From positions 1 through 46,577 of the forward strand of contig NW_026575474.1 in NCBI RefSeq assembly GCF_028641065.1: DNA of 46,577 nucleotides, in the 5' to 3' direction. Origin of the DNA: Leucoraja erinacea (lineage: Eukaryota). Positions within the stretch are counted from its first letter, which is position 1, and every line of letters starts with the position of its first letter. The position numbers and the translations under genes were made by a program. This document shows positions 9,338 to 23,000 of the stretch, piece after piece. The notes beneath the pieces were generated by a model. It was given only the letters and a program-made list of their open reading frames with translations, was not told the DNA's origin and searched no databases.

Positions 9338-12200
9338 AGAAAGATACAATAAGGTGGAGTAACTCAGCGGGCTCAGACAGCATCTCTGGAGAAAAGGTAT
9401 AGGTCAAATTTCCGGTCGAGACCCTTCTCCAGACTGAGCGTCAGGAAAAAGGGAAACAAGATATAGACACGGTGATATAGGGAAATATAAATCAAATGAA
9501 TGAAATATATGCAAAAAAGTAGCAACAATATTAGACAGGCCTTTGTTAGCTGAAGGGCCAAGTGAAAATGAGTTGCAGACAATGAAACTCACCATCGCGA
9601 CACTGAACCTAGTTCAACAACTAGGGTGGGAGAGGGACGGAGAGAGAGAGAGCGGTTGCAAGGGTTACTTGAAGTTACGAAAATCAATATTCATACCGTT
9701 GGGTTGCAAACTGCCCAAGGAAAATAAGAAGTGCTGTTCCTCCAATTTGCGTTTGGCCTCACTCTGACAATGGAAAACCCCAGGACAACAAGCTACATGT
9801 GGAATGGGAAGGGGAATTAAAGTGTTTGGCAACCGGAAGATCAGGTAGGACCAGGCCGACTGAGCGAAGGTGTACAGCGAAACGATCACTCATTTTATGT
9901 TTGATCTCACCGACGAATTAGAGTCGACACCATGAACAATGGATACAGTAGATGGTTGGAGGAGATGCAAGTGAACGTCTGCCGAACCTGAAGGGTCCAT
10001 CAAGGTCCCAGGACAGTCGCAGGATGAGGCATTATGGACAGGTGTTACATCTCCTGCGGTTGCTGATGAAGGTACCTGGGGAGGAGGTGGTTTGGGTGGG
10101 AAGGGATAAGTTAATCGGAGGGAACGGTCTCTGCGGATGGTGGAAAGGAGTGGAGATGGGAAATTGTGACTTGTGGTGGGATCCCGTTGGATTCATGTAA
10201 AGATCAGTTGATCAAAGTGCAGGATCAGCATGTTCCAGTACGGAGGAGCGACAAGGTTGGCAAAATATTGCAACTGTGGGTGTATACTTGGTCAGGAATC
10301 AAATTTGGAAAATACAAATATGGCAAGACAGCTTGAGCGAGAAAGAGGTCGTGCTGAGGTTGTTGAAAAACATTAAAGTCAGGGCCGGATTTATTATTAA
10401 GCTATTTCAAATGTGAACCCCTTCCCCACCACCCCCCCCCCCCCCACTCCCAGTCCCCCCCCACCCCCACGACTAGAGGACCATGACTACCCGACAGTGA
10501 CAGTGTGACACTTTTAGATCCTACTGTATGTTGTCATTAAATAGTTGGTTTTAAAATACAAATTGGATTCACCGTGGAGCGGGCGACAACTTACGTGTAT
10601 CGCCATTTGAAGTTCTGGAGTGGTGGGCCTGCTGCTTCAACATCTTGGAGCTGTGGTTTGCGGAGCTCCCAGCCTCAGGCTGCGCTGATTTAAACATTGT
10701 GAAACCCTGGGATCCCTTTGCCGAGAGCCGCCAGCGTGAATCTCCGCCCTGCTCAGCCTGTGGAATTTGGGTGGTGCGGGAGGGAAGGGAAGAATTGACC
10801 AGAGAATTGTGGAGGGAGCGGTCTTTGCAGAAAGCGGACAACGGGGGAGGGAGGGGGGGGAGGTGAGAGATCCGAAGATGTGGCGAGTGATGGGGTCACG
10901 TTGGAGGTGGCGAAAATGACAGAGGCCAATTTGTTGTACGTGACGGCTAGTGGGGTGAAAGGTGAGGGCTAGGGGGACTCTGCCCTTGTGACGTGTGTGG
11001 GGGGGAGGGGACAGAGAGCAGTGTTACGGGGTATGGAAGAGACCCTGGCGAGAGCCTCATCTATAGAAGGGGAGTGGAACCCCCGTACCTTGAAGAAGGA
11101 CGACATTTCCGATGCCCTGATGTGAAACACATCATCTTGGGAGCAGATGCGGCGCAGACGGACGAATTGGGAGAGTATCAGTGGACGGGTATATGTTGAT
11201 TCTCCGGTCGAGGAAGAACCGGAGGGCTTTGAGACTATCCTGGTGGGGGATGGAGGTGTAGAGTGACTGGACGTCCATGGTGAAGATGAGTGGGTGAGGG
11301 CCTAGAGAATGGAATGCCCGGAGACGACGGAGAGTGTCTGAGGTGTCTTGAACATAGGAGGGGAGGTATTTAACCAGGGGGATAGGATGGAGTCAAGGTA
11401 TGTGGAGATGTTTTCGGTAGGGCACGAATAGGCCGAGTCAATGGGTCTAGCAGGACAGTCAGGTTTGTGGATTATGGGGAGAAGGTAAAATCGGGCCGTG
11501 CGAGGCCGGGTAACGATGAGGCTGGAGGCGGTGGGGGGCAGCAGTGGACGAAGTCAGTGATGGTGCTGGAGATAGTGGCCTGGAAGTACGCTGTGAGGTG
11601 GAGGCGACGGTAGAAGAGCTCCAAGTCGAGGTGGGCGCGGAACTCATTGAGGTGGGGGCGGAGGGGGACAAAGGTAAGACCTCTGCTGAGGACCGGACGT
11701 TCGGTGTCAGAGAGGTGGAGGTCAGGGGTGATGGTGATCACCCGGCAGGGATGGGGGTTGGGGCCGGAGGAAGGCAGGTGGGTGGACTGGGGACGAGGCG
11801 ATGTGTGGTGGGGGAGTGGTGGGTAGGAGGGTATGAGGACTGTAATGTGGGTGGGGAAGAGCAGGGGTCACGTAGCTTGAGGGGGATGGGGAAGACCCAG
11901 TGCAACAGCAACGGAGGTTACCAGTGTTAGGGGGACTTGCACAAAGACCCAGTGTAGTCAACCCCAGGGGTGTTGGAGTTAGCAACGTGGAGGCTTCATG
12001 CCCGGTGCTGGGTGCTGGTTGCAGGTAAGGCAACGGCTGGATGGCGGTGGAGTGGCGAGGGTTGACGGACCCGATGGTGGGAGTCCGCGGGGAGTAGAGT
12101 TCGGGTCGGCGGGCGATGCGTGGGCGGTCCCGGTGGGCGGATGGTCGGTGGGGCGGCGCGGGTCGGCCAGCCCGGTGAGGCGACGCGGTGAGTAGGGCGC
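9338..12200 (-). mobile_element. Penelope-like element, fragmented (RT, GIY-YIG C-terminus, terminal repeat)
   Basis: DLHLSDTERPVLSRGLTFVP N-terminal motif, IFTMDVQSLYTSIPH RT motif (~11240-11290), AFCKDRSLHNSLV linker, and HCQSEAKRKLEEQHFLFSLGSLQPNGMNIDF C-terminus (9665-9780). Terminal repeat at 9340-9440 has a decayed hammerhead core. Interrupted around 10195-10755. Confidence 0.85.
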
Positions 12201-12942
12201 AGTGAGGCGGCAATGTTCGGACAGCCCGGTGCAGCCGCGATGTTAGGTAGGTCCGGTGCGGCGACAATGTTGTGTGGGCCCAGTGCGAGGTGGGTCGGCC
12301 AGGTGCGGATGCGAGGTGGATAGACCCCAGATGCGGCGGAGAGGCCAATGTTGTTCGTTTCTTTAAGAAATTAAACAAAATCCAGGGAACTGTAGTCTGG
12401 TGAACTACACGTCCGTGCTGGGGAAACAAATGGAGAGAACTCTCCGAGATAGGATGTACTCCTGTTCTACCCGAATATGGTATCAACTGGCGCGTCGAAT
12501 AAAATAATCCAAACCAATGATTAGTACAACTAAATCTTTATTTGCATCGATTTATTTAAGCATGCATGCAAACTGTTGAAATCTAAGAGGTGCTCATTTA
12601 TTTTATTATTTCAACATAATTTCTTAAACGAAATTACAAAACTCTTGACTTTGACTAGATATTACCCGTATGAATGATTTGGGAATATTCTCTCTGATGG
12701 TTGGGGGTAGTATTCTCCGATTTACAAGTTCAGGAACCTCGTTTTTACTACAGTGGTGCCCGGGTTGTCCCTGTCGATCTCTCGCTCGGACAGCCATTCT
12801 TTTCAATATTTTTTCCTACCATTTTCGAAAGAAGCCTTTGTTCTAACCCAAGGCTTTCATGACTATGAAGTAAATCATTTCAAGTTGTCACTCCTCCAAC
12901 GGCTGAATAAACACATCATCTTAGTTCCCTATCAAGCTAGAG

Positions 12943-13100
12943 CAGCGTTTCTCAACCGCGGTTCCCCGGAGCGCTGGGGTTCAGCGAGAGGTCGCTACGG
13001 ATTCCGATTGAAATAGTGATAGATAGGCTAATTGTATGTAAATGAATGTTAGCGTTATGTTTGTGTTTAATTTCATATTCGTAATTCTCCCGCTACATAG
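12943..13100 (+). mobile_element. hAT (Charlie-like) transposon end
   Basis: CAGCGTTTCTCAACC TIR-like start directly after AGCTAGAG, a Charlie-type target. The partner TIR was not found. Confidence 0.45.
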
Positions 13101-14340
13101 GCCCCCACATCCCCCCCCCCCCCCCTCTCTCATGCGCTTTCATCCCCTGCACTCTCCTCTGTGTGTCTGCTCTCCATCTCACACTGTTTCTGTCTTCCTG
13201 TCACCCCCTGTGAGTCGTTCCCCTCTTCCAATTCAGCATCACCCCTCTCTGGTTCTTCGCTCGCTCTTCTTTCTACCTCGCTCGTGTCCCTCGCTATCTC
13301 ACTAGCCATTCCCTATCTCCGAATTATTTATTGCGCTCCTTCCTTTGCCCTCCTCTGTCACCCCATTAATCCGCATGATGTTTCGGCTCCTACTCCTCTC
13401 TCTTTCTATCGATCACATAGACCCATCTTGGCCGAGCAACTCACACTCTCCCTCCGCCCCCCCCCCCCCCCAGGGGGGTGATATACGATGCTGAGAACAT
13501 CTTTTCCATTTATAAACCGGCACAAAATCTTGATACATGTACATCTACAAAAAGTCACCAGGTTCGATCTTCGTGCCACATATTTATTGCTGGGACATGT
13601 CGGTCGCTGTTGGCAGGTTCGGCCGAAGGGCCGACAGACATCCGCAGACACTGTTGGACGGTTGGGCATGGCAGTGAAGGAGTGTGGAAGGTGAGTCGTT
13701 TCTAACTTTGGAAATAAACGGATAAAACATGACCTACTGTCTACTGAAGTGTCAGTGTCGGGTGGGTGAGGCCGATCTTAGGGTAGGGAGTCAATGACGC
13801 ACAAAGACAGAGGGAGATTACAAGAGATGAACAACGCTCAGCATGGAGATTGGAAGGTGGTTCTTGGTGGAAGAGCACGCTCAGATGTAGGGGATTGAAG
13901 GATAATTCTGGGCATTTTTATTTCAGACGGACCTCGTTCAAGAAGCATATCGGGCCCGCGGAGGGAGATGGGACTATTGGTCGCGAGGCCGAATTTGCCC
14001 AAGACCTGTCCCCACTGCGGAGTAAAACCGCATAAACGGTCCCAGAGTGGGGTTCACATCAGATGGGTTCCCATTGAAGATGAGAATGGGACGATTGGTA
14101 CTAGGTCAGACTTTGCACCAGAGTAGTCTCCGCTATGCAGAGAGGATTTGTTCTTGGCCGGAGTTTACACCAGGCTGTGTACGGAGTCGGGTCGACTGGG
14201 CAAATGTGCAGTTCTCACTGTGAGGGGATTGAGGTCATGGAGCAGTGGCCTTCGATGTGATCATCCGCCCAGGAAAATCTGGTGTGATTGTCAGGATCAC
14301 GAGCACGGCCAGAGAGGCTGCATCCGCCTGCTGGATGTTC

Positions 14341-15254
14341 TCATTGCGCGCATTTATTAATGAGCCGGAGCACTGAAGCGAACGGATATTTCACCGCTCC
14401 CTTCATCTGCTCTCTAAACTTGGACTGGGTGGCCACGTAAATAAACGTGTTCGTGCAGCAGCTGAGATTACTCAGCAAATGCCCGACGTCGTCAGCGATG
14501 TGAGCAGAAACATTCGGACCTTTTGAATTTCCTCTGATTTTATTATAGACCACGTATGAAACCAACGTCAGCCATCGTGCGATGAAGCAGCCGGAGATGG
14601 TGAAGAGTAAAACCACAGACTTTCTCCTACTCTCCATCTCCGGGTCACTGCGGCTCTCCTCCCTCCTCCTTGCTCAGACCCCTCAGCCCCTGACGGACTC
14701 GACTAGCCACTAAAATTTGGCGGACTGTCAGACCATTGAGCATGAGAATTACAACGAAAGGGACGACGGGATTGCAAACCTTGTCGAAGTAGGTAAATAC
14801 CTCCCATCCGTGGGTAGTTTTAACACTGGCCAACGTTTTACAGCCCCATGCGACATTGCCGATGATCACAGCGGGTCCACTTACGACGTAGAAAGTGACG
14901 TTTTTCAGAAGAATCAGAACGCCGGTTGTTGCGAGAACCGCAGCCGCAGTTTTCCCGGTGCAATATTTTGTTTTCAGCTTCTGGCAACAAATGGCGACAC
15001 ACCGATCAAACGTGAAAGTGACGGTGAACCAGACAGAACACTCTCTAGCTGTATACTTTAGCACCATGGTAACACAAAAACAGGGGTGATGCCCAGGAAA
15101 CTCCACCGAAAGTAATATATTCGGATCTGATGTAAAATGACCTCGATGATGAGGACCAGTAGATCGGACGCTCCCATGGCTACCAGGTAGCGAGTGGTGC
15201 AGGTGGAGAGGCCACATTTTCCCCGGGACAGAATCACAATCGCCATTAAATTCA
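14341..15254 (-). pseudogene. GPR139/GPR142-like orphan class A GPCR, copy 1, exon 2 (frameshifted as assembled)
   Basis: Near-identical to the intact copy 2, but has A5 instead of A6 at ~15076-15080 (premature stop at 15058) and a 7-bp CTCCTCC duplication at ~14655-14670. Acceptor cctttctgcag is intact. Confidence 0.8.
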
Positions 15255-15287
15255 CTGCAGAAAGGGAATTGAACGGATGCTGGGCAT

Positions 15288-15455
15288 TGATTCAGATTCA
15301 GATTCAATTTTAATTGTCATTGTCATTGTCAGTGTACAGTACAGAGACAACGAAATGCATTTAGCATCTCCCTGGAAGAGCGACATAGCACATGATTTGA
15401 ATAAATAATAATACGTGTCCGGGGGGGGGGGGTGATTGGCAGTCACCGAGGTACT
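15288..15455 (-). mobile_element. LINE 3' terminal fragment (Rex1/Babar-like) with (CTGAAT)n tail, in the GPCR intron
   Basis: GATTCA x3 tail plus ATTAAA on the minus strand, ending ~35 nt upstream of the exon 2 acceptor. Confidence 0.5.
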
Positions 15456-15457
15456 GG

Positions 15458-17505
15458 TGTCATAGTCATAGAGCGATACAGTGTGGAATCAGGCCCTTCG
15501 GCCCAATTCGCCCACAGCGGACAACAATGACCCAGCTACACTAGTTCCACTTGCCTGCGCGTGATCACTATCCCTCCAAACCCGTCCTATCCATGTACCT
15601 GTCAAATCGTTTCATAAACAATGGGATAGTCCCAGACTCAACTGTCTCCTCTGGCAGCGTGTTCCATACACCCACCACCCTTGTGTGAAAAGGTTACCCC
15701 TCGTAGTTATATTAACTATTTTCCCTTTCACCTTGAACCTATGTCCTTTCGTCCCCTATTCCCCTGCCCAGGGCGAAAGACATTGTGCCTCTACCAGATC
15801 TATTCCTCTCACGATTGTATACACCTCTATAAGATCTCCCCTCAACCTCCTGCGCGCCATGGAATAAAGAATAATGAATAATGGTAATATCCTCGTAATT
15901 CATTTCTGAACCCTTTCAAGCTTGACAATATATTTCCTATAACAGCCCTATAACATTCAGAATTAAAGACACTATTCGAGATGCGGTCTCACCAACGTCT
16001 TGTACAACTGCAACATGACCTCCCAACTACTATACTCAATACTCTAACTGATGAAGGCCAAAGTGCTAAAAGCCTTTTTGATCACCTTATCTGCCTGTGA
16101 CTCGACCTTCAAGGAAATATGCACCTGGACTACTAGATCCCTCCGCTCTACAACACTACCCAGAGGCCTACCATTTACTGTGTAGGTCCTTCCCTGGTTC
16201 GCCGTCCCAAAATGCAACACCTCACATTTTTCTGCATTAAATTCCATCAACCATTCTTTCGCCCACCTGGGCAATCGATCCAGGTCCTGCTGCAATCATT
16301 CACAGCCATCTTCACTATCTGCAAAACCACATTTATATCATCAACAAACTTGCTAATCTCGCCCTGTGTGTTCTCATCCAAATCATTGATCTTGATGACA
16401 AACGGTAACGGGCCCAGCACAGAACCCTGAGGCACACCACTAGTCACAGGCCAGTCTGAGATGTAAACTTTCAACATCACCCTCTGCTCCATTCCATGGA
16501 ACCAATTTTCCATCCATTCAGCTATCTCTCCTTGGATCCCATGCGATCTAACCTTCCAGAGCAGCCGACCATGCGGAACCTTGTCAAATTCCTCACTGAA
16601 ATTCATGTAGACAACATCTACAGCTCTGCCCTCATCAACCTTTTTGGTCACGTCTTCAAAATATTCAATCCGAATGTGAGACACGACCTCCCACGTACAA
16701 AACTATACTGACTATCCCTGATCAGCCCTTGCCCATCCAAATGCCTGTATAACCTATCTATCGGAACACTCGTCAGTAACTTACCAACAACAGATGTTAA
16801 GCTCACCGGCCGATAGGCCCCGGCATTTTCCTTGCAACCCTACTTGAAAAGAGGCGCAACATTTGCCACCCTCCAGTCATCCGGCACCTCTCGTGTATTT
16901 AACGACGATTCGTAAATTTCTACCAGGGCTCCCGCAATTTCCTCTCTAGCTTCCCACAATGTCCTCGGATATATCTGATCAGGTGCTGGCGATTTGTTTA
17001 TCTTCAAACACGTCAGTACATTTAGTACTTCTTCTTGACTGCTCTCAAAACACTTCAAGTGACTGCTCCAATTGCTTCCGTCCGACTCGGTAAGTACAAA
17101 GGGAAAATATTCATTTAGGACCATGCCCATCTCCTGTGGCTCCACACCGAGGTGGTCGCTTTGATTCCTGACAGGTCCCATTCTCTCTCTAACCCTTTCC
17201 CCCCTTATTTATTTATAAAACATTTTGGGGTTGTCCTCAATGCTAGCCGTCAGAGCTATATCCTGTTCCCTTTTGCCTTTCTGATACCCGTGTTAGTTGA
17301 CTCCTTAGTTCCCGAAACTCCTCCAGGGGTGCACCTGATCCCAGCTGCCTACACTTGTCCCATGCATCCTTCTTGTTTTTGATTAACGTCTCAATTTCAC
17401 TCGTCAGCCAAGCTTCCTTACGTCTGCCTGCTTTGCGCGTCACTATAAACGGGATGTACACATCCTTAGCTTTCTTCAGTACGCTGTTAAAAACATCCCA
17501 CGGCC
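15458..17505 (-). mobile_element. CR1 LINE, 5'-truncated and degenerate, in the GPCR intron
   Basis: [35 protein letters not shown] and KSPAPDQIYPRTLWE motifs; 3'UTR and tail near 15460. Confidence 0.92.
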
Positions 17506-17554
17506 GATGTTCCTTTCCTCTCAAATAACCTGCACCAGGCAACTTGAGCGAGAC

Positions 17555-18088
17555 CGCAAGATGGTGCCTGCCTGCGGAGCACCAGAACAGAAAAGGTTCA
17601 CCTCTAACTCCTATCAACTCACCTGGACCAGGGAAACGGCAATAATCGGTGCCGTTTCAGACAAGCTGTTTGGGCAGCTGAAAGCGTTGGCAATTTCATG
17701 ATCTCCCGCAGCTGCGGAAACCACGCTTTAAAATGTCCCACGCTGGCTGTAAAACTCCCGACCTGACTGAGGATCCCAGGTACGATACCTGCAGACCCCG
17801 GGATGACCCCCGGAGCCGACGGGCTGTGTCTCCCAGAAACAATTATGCTGGAGCTGCTGACTTTGGGGGAACCGCCGTTCGTTACGGAGCTGGAGCTGCC
17901 GTCTGTGAAGGAATCCTTGTTTCAGCGCAGTTCCACAGAAACTGCAGTAAATATAGTACCTGGAAACAAAGGGGAAGCCTCCATTGTGTCCGGAACGTGG
18001 CCGACGGGCAGGACTTCAGGTCAGACTGAAGCGCAGGGGACTTCGTCCCCTTCTCCCTACTACCCTACTCGCCAATGTACAGTCCCTC
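17555..18088 (+). mobile_element. Rex1/Babar LINE 5' fragment
   Basis: RGRRAGLQVRLKRRGLRPLLPTTLLANVQSL, the typical start of the APE endonuclease in this clade; CAAGATGG motif at the 5' end. Confidence 0.7.
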
Positions 18089-18925
18089 GTAATCTCATCC
18101 TTTGTAATTGACACTAAAATATTATCACCCACCGAAGTCAGACTAACTGGCCTGCAGTTTCCACTGTTCTGCTCCGCTGCCTTCTTGTACAGCGGGGTGA
18201 TATTCACAATGTTCCAATCTTCAGGAACCAACCTAACTCTAGTGATTCTTGAAATAACAGAACTAAATAACGCCTCCTCAATTTCTGAGGCCTCCACCTT
18301 CGGACCCCAGTGGCGCAGTCCATCCGCTCCAGGTGACTTATCCACCTTCAGACCTATCCGTTTTTCCAGCACCTTCACATTAGTAATCGCCACTCCACAA
18401 ACTTTCACCCACTGAGTCTCTCGGATCACACGCGCACGACAGGTGTCTTCCACTGTGAAGACTGATGCAAAACAGTTATCCAATCCCACTGTCATTTATT
18501 GATTTTCCGTTATCACTTAGCCTGCATCATTTTCTAGCACCCCAACGTCCACTCTTGCCTCTTGTTTTCCTCTTCATATATCCATAGGAACTCTTGCTAT
18601 CCACTGTTATATTTTTGGACATCTTATATTCGTACTTCATCTTTTCTCGCAGTATTGTCCTTTCAGTTAACTGTTGCTGTTCATTAAAAACATCTAAATC
18701 CTCTGACTTACCACTAATCTTTGCAATGTTATATGCTTTCTCCTTCGCTTTTATGTTGTCCTTGACCTCCCTTGTCAGCCTTTGTCGGCTTATTCATCCC
18801 TGGAATATTTCTTCCACTTTGTAATGAAATGATCCTGCACCTTCCGAATTATTCAATGAAATACCTGCCATTTCTGTTCTACAGTCATTCCGACCAAAGC
18901 CCCTTATCTGTCAATCTTTTCCAGC
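18086..18925 (-). mobile_element. CR1 LINE internal fragment, degenerate
   Basis: LKVDKSPGADG...VPEDWNIVNITPLYKK...NCRPVSLTSVG motifs. Confidence 0.85.
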
Positions 18926-19338
18926 TCCAACAGGGGATGGTATCCGACTGTGACGGACTCCATTGTGAGATTCCATAATGAAACTGCACCGTGAAATGCA
19001 TCCCATTGTGAACTTCACAAAGTAAACTCCGCTCAGTCACACATCTCCGGATAGCTGCCGTTCCCGAGCAGTGTGGCAACTTAAGGCAAGGTGCCACTGA
19101 AGTCAAGAACAACATTATAGTGGGTCTCGAGATTGACAAGAAAAGATAAGTCGTTTCTGATAGAGAGGGAGCACGGTAAAGAATTAAAATAAATTCGGCG
19201 TGAATTAAACGGAGAGGATTAATATCACTGACATCCGTGTACAACGATCATAATTTGGGAAACTTGCGAAAATGATCAGCATCAGGATAAAACATTAAGA
19301 CACGGATTTATAACAAAATAATTATTCTGCTCACTTAC

Positions 19339-19414
19339 CAGGGACTCCAACGGTAGCAATGATCACGTACAAGATTTTCTCCACACTGTGATATCTGTCC
19401 ACCATGTCCATCAT
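19339..19414 (-). CDS. GPCR copy 1, coding exon 1: MMDMVDRYHSVEKILYVIIATVGVP
   Basis: ATG at 19414, 76 nt, perfect G|gtaagt phase-1 donor. Joining to exon 2 gives ...VGVP-VNLMAIVIL, the TM1 GxPxN motif. Confidence 0.88.
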
Positions 19415-20007
19415 GTTCTCTTCTCAGCCACGTCACCGTGTGCAACCTATAATCTCCCGGAATGGATTACTGGGGCAGAACAATCTAGGAGATGTTATAC
19501 CATTTCCCATCTCCGCCGGGACAGTGCAGTTTTAACAGAGTTAAAAATAGAGACGTTGAAACAATTCCCAAACAGATGACATCAGGCGAGTGAAATCCAC
19601 GCTGTTAACAGGTTGTCAATATTTTTTTAAATTATAGTTACGAAACATCAAATCGCGGCGAAATTGAAAAATGGGATTTGGGAGCGGCTTTGTTCCAGCA
19701 AAGGGAATAGTGTTTCAAACATAATCAGATCCAACTCTCCACCTCAAGTTACTCGTCTGATTTCCTTCATCACGCTTCACTGAACACGGTGGTCTCAAAT
19801 TCCTGGCACTGTCTCGGGGCTTCTGGTGCGCAGTTTCAAGACAGACGGCGACCACAGGTGGAGGAATTAATTCAAAGTGATTACGGCTCATCAGATTGCC
19901 ACTTTAACATGATAATCCCAGCAGCGCTGGTAACCGCACACTTTGCCTGCCTGGAATGTATCTTATTTTGGCGCTTGCAAAGTAACATTCTCTGCCTTCA
20001 TCACCTA

Positions 20008-23000
20008 TATAATAACCATATAACAATTTACAGCACGTAAACAGGCCATCTCGACCCTTCTAGTCCATGCCGAACACGTATTCTCCCCTAGTCTCCTATA
20101 CCTGCGATCAGACAATAACCCTCCATTCCATTCCCGTCCATATAACTATCCAATTTATTTTTAAACGATAAAAACGAACCTGCCTCCACCACCTCATTCC
20201 ACACAGCTCATTCCACACAGCCACCACTCTCTGAGCAAATAAGATCCCCCTCATGTTACCCCTAAACTTCTGTCCCTTAATTCTCAAGTCATGTCCCCTT
20301 GTTTGAATCTTCCCTACTCTCAGTGGGAAAAGCTTATCCACGTCAAGTCTGTCTATCCATCTCATCATTTCAAAGACCTCTATCAAGTCCCCCTTAACCT
20401 TCTGCGCTCCAAAGAATAAAGACGTAACTTGTTCAACCTTTCTCTGTAACTTAGTCGCTGAAACCCAGGCAACATTCTAGTAAATCTCCTCTGTACTCTC
20501 TCTATTTTGTTGAAATCCTTCCTATAATTAGGCGACCAAAATTGTACACCATACCCCAGAATTGGCCTCACCAATGCCTTGTACAATTTTAACATTACAT
20601 CCCAACTTCTATACTCAATGCTCTGATTTATAAAGGCCAGCACACCGAAAGCTTTCTTTACCACCTTAACTACATGAGATTCCACTTTCACGGAACTAGT
20701 TATTCCCAGATCCCTCTGTTCACCTGCATTCTTCAATTCCCTACCATTTACCATGTACGTTCTAATTTGATTTGTCCGGCCTAGATGTAGCACCTCACAC
20801 TTATCAGCATTAAACTCCATCTGCCATCTTTCAGACCACTCTTCCAACTGGCATAAATCTCTGTGTAGACTTTGAAAATCTACTTCGTTATCCACAACCC
20901 CACCTATCTTATTATCAACTGCATACTTACTAATCCAATTTACCACACAATCATCCAGATCATTGATGTACATGACAAACACCAGTGGACCCAACACAGA
21001 TCCCTGTGGCACCCCACTAGTCACTGGCCTCCAAACTGACAAACAACCATCCACCATTACTCTCTGTCATTTCCCATTCAGCCACTGCTGAATCCATCTT
21101 GCTACTCCACCATTAATACCCAACAATTGAACATTCTTAACCAACCTTCCGTGAGGAACCTTGTCAAAGGCCTTACTGAAGTCCATATATACAACATCCA
21201 CTGCTTTACCCTCATCAAGTTCCCGAGTAACCTCTTCAAAAAATTCAAGAAGATTAGTCAAACATGACCTTCCAGGCACAAATCCATGTTGACTGTTTCT
21301 AATCAGACCCTGTTTATCGAGATGCTTATATATATTATCTCTAAGTATTCTTTCCATTAATTTGCCCACCACTGACGTCAAACTAACAGGTCTATATTTG
21401 CTAGGTTTACTCTTAGACACCTTTTTAAAGAAAGGAACGACATGCACAGTACGCCAATCCTCCGGCATATTCCCGTTTCTAATGACATTTCAAATATTTC
21501 AGTCATAGCCCCTGCTATTTCTACACTAACTTCCGTCAATGTCCTAGGGAATATCCTGTCAGGACCTGGAGACGTATCCACTTTTATATTTCTCAAACGT
21601 GTCAGTACTTCCTCTTCTTTGAATCTCATAGTTTCCATAGCTACTCTACTTGTTTCCATTACCTCACATCATTCAATATCCTTCTCCTTGATGAATACCG
21701 AAGAAAATAAATTGTTCAATATCTCCCCATCCCTTTTGGCTCTGCAGATAGCTGTCCACGCTGACTCTCTAATGGACCAATTTAATCCCTCGTTATCCTG
21801 TTGCTATTAATATAGCTGTAGAAAGCCTTTGGATTTACTTTCACCTTACTTGCCAAAGCAACCTCATATCTTCTTTTAGCTCTTCTAATTTCTTTCTTAA
21901 GATTATTTTTACATTCTTTATACTGCTCAAGCACCTCATTTACTCCATGCTGCCTATAATTATTGTAGATCTCTCTCTTTTTCCGAACCAAGTGTTCAAT
22001 TTCCCTTGACAACCATGGCTCTTTCCAATTTTTACTATTTCCTTTCAACCGAACAGGGACATAAAGATTCTGTACTCTTAAAATGTCACCTTTAAATGTC
22101 CTCCATTTATCTTCCACATCTTTCCCACAAAACAAACTGTCCCAATTTACTCCTTTTAAATCATTTCGCATCTCCTCAAAGTTAGCCTTTCTGCAATCAA
22201 AAATCTCAACCCTAGGTCTAGTTCTGACCCTTCTCATAATTATATTGAAACTAATGGTTTTGTGATCACTAGACACGAAGTGCTCCCCAACGCATACCTC
22301 TGCCATCTGACCCGTCTCGTTTCCTAACAGTAGGTCCAGCACCACCCCTTCTCTAGGAGGTACTTGTAGGTATTGCTGCAAAAAGCTATCCTGCACACAT
22401 TTTACAAACTCCAACCCATCCAGCCCATTTACAGAATGTGTTTCCCAGTCTATGTGTGGAAAATTGAAATCTCCCACAAGCACTACCTTGTGCTAACTAC
22501 TAATATATGCAATCTCCTTACATATTTGCTCTTCCAATTCTCGCTCCCCATTTGACGGTCTATAATACATCCCTATAAGTGTCGCTACCCCTTTCCCATT
22601 TCTCAGTTCCACCCAAATAGCCTTCCTAGACGAGCCCTCTAATCTATCCTGCCAAAGCACTACTGTAATATCTTCCCTGATAAGCAATGCAACACCTCCA
22701 CCTCTTGCCCCTCCAATTCTATCACACCTGAAGCAACGAAATCTTGGAATATTTAGTTTCCAATCACAGCCCTCCTGCAACCATGTTTCACTGATCGCCA
22801 CAACATCGTACTTCCAGGTGTCAATCCAGGCTCTAAGTTCATCCACCTTTCTTACAATACTCCTAGCATTAAAATATACACATTTAAGACCCCCCCCCCC
22901 TCTTATTCTATGTTTATTGTCTTTTTCTTCTCTCTCCCCTATATTTTAGGTCAGAGTGCTACCATTCTCTGCCTCCTGCCTCACACACAGACTGCTAGCT

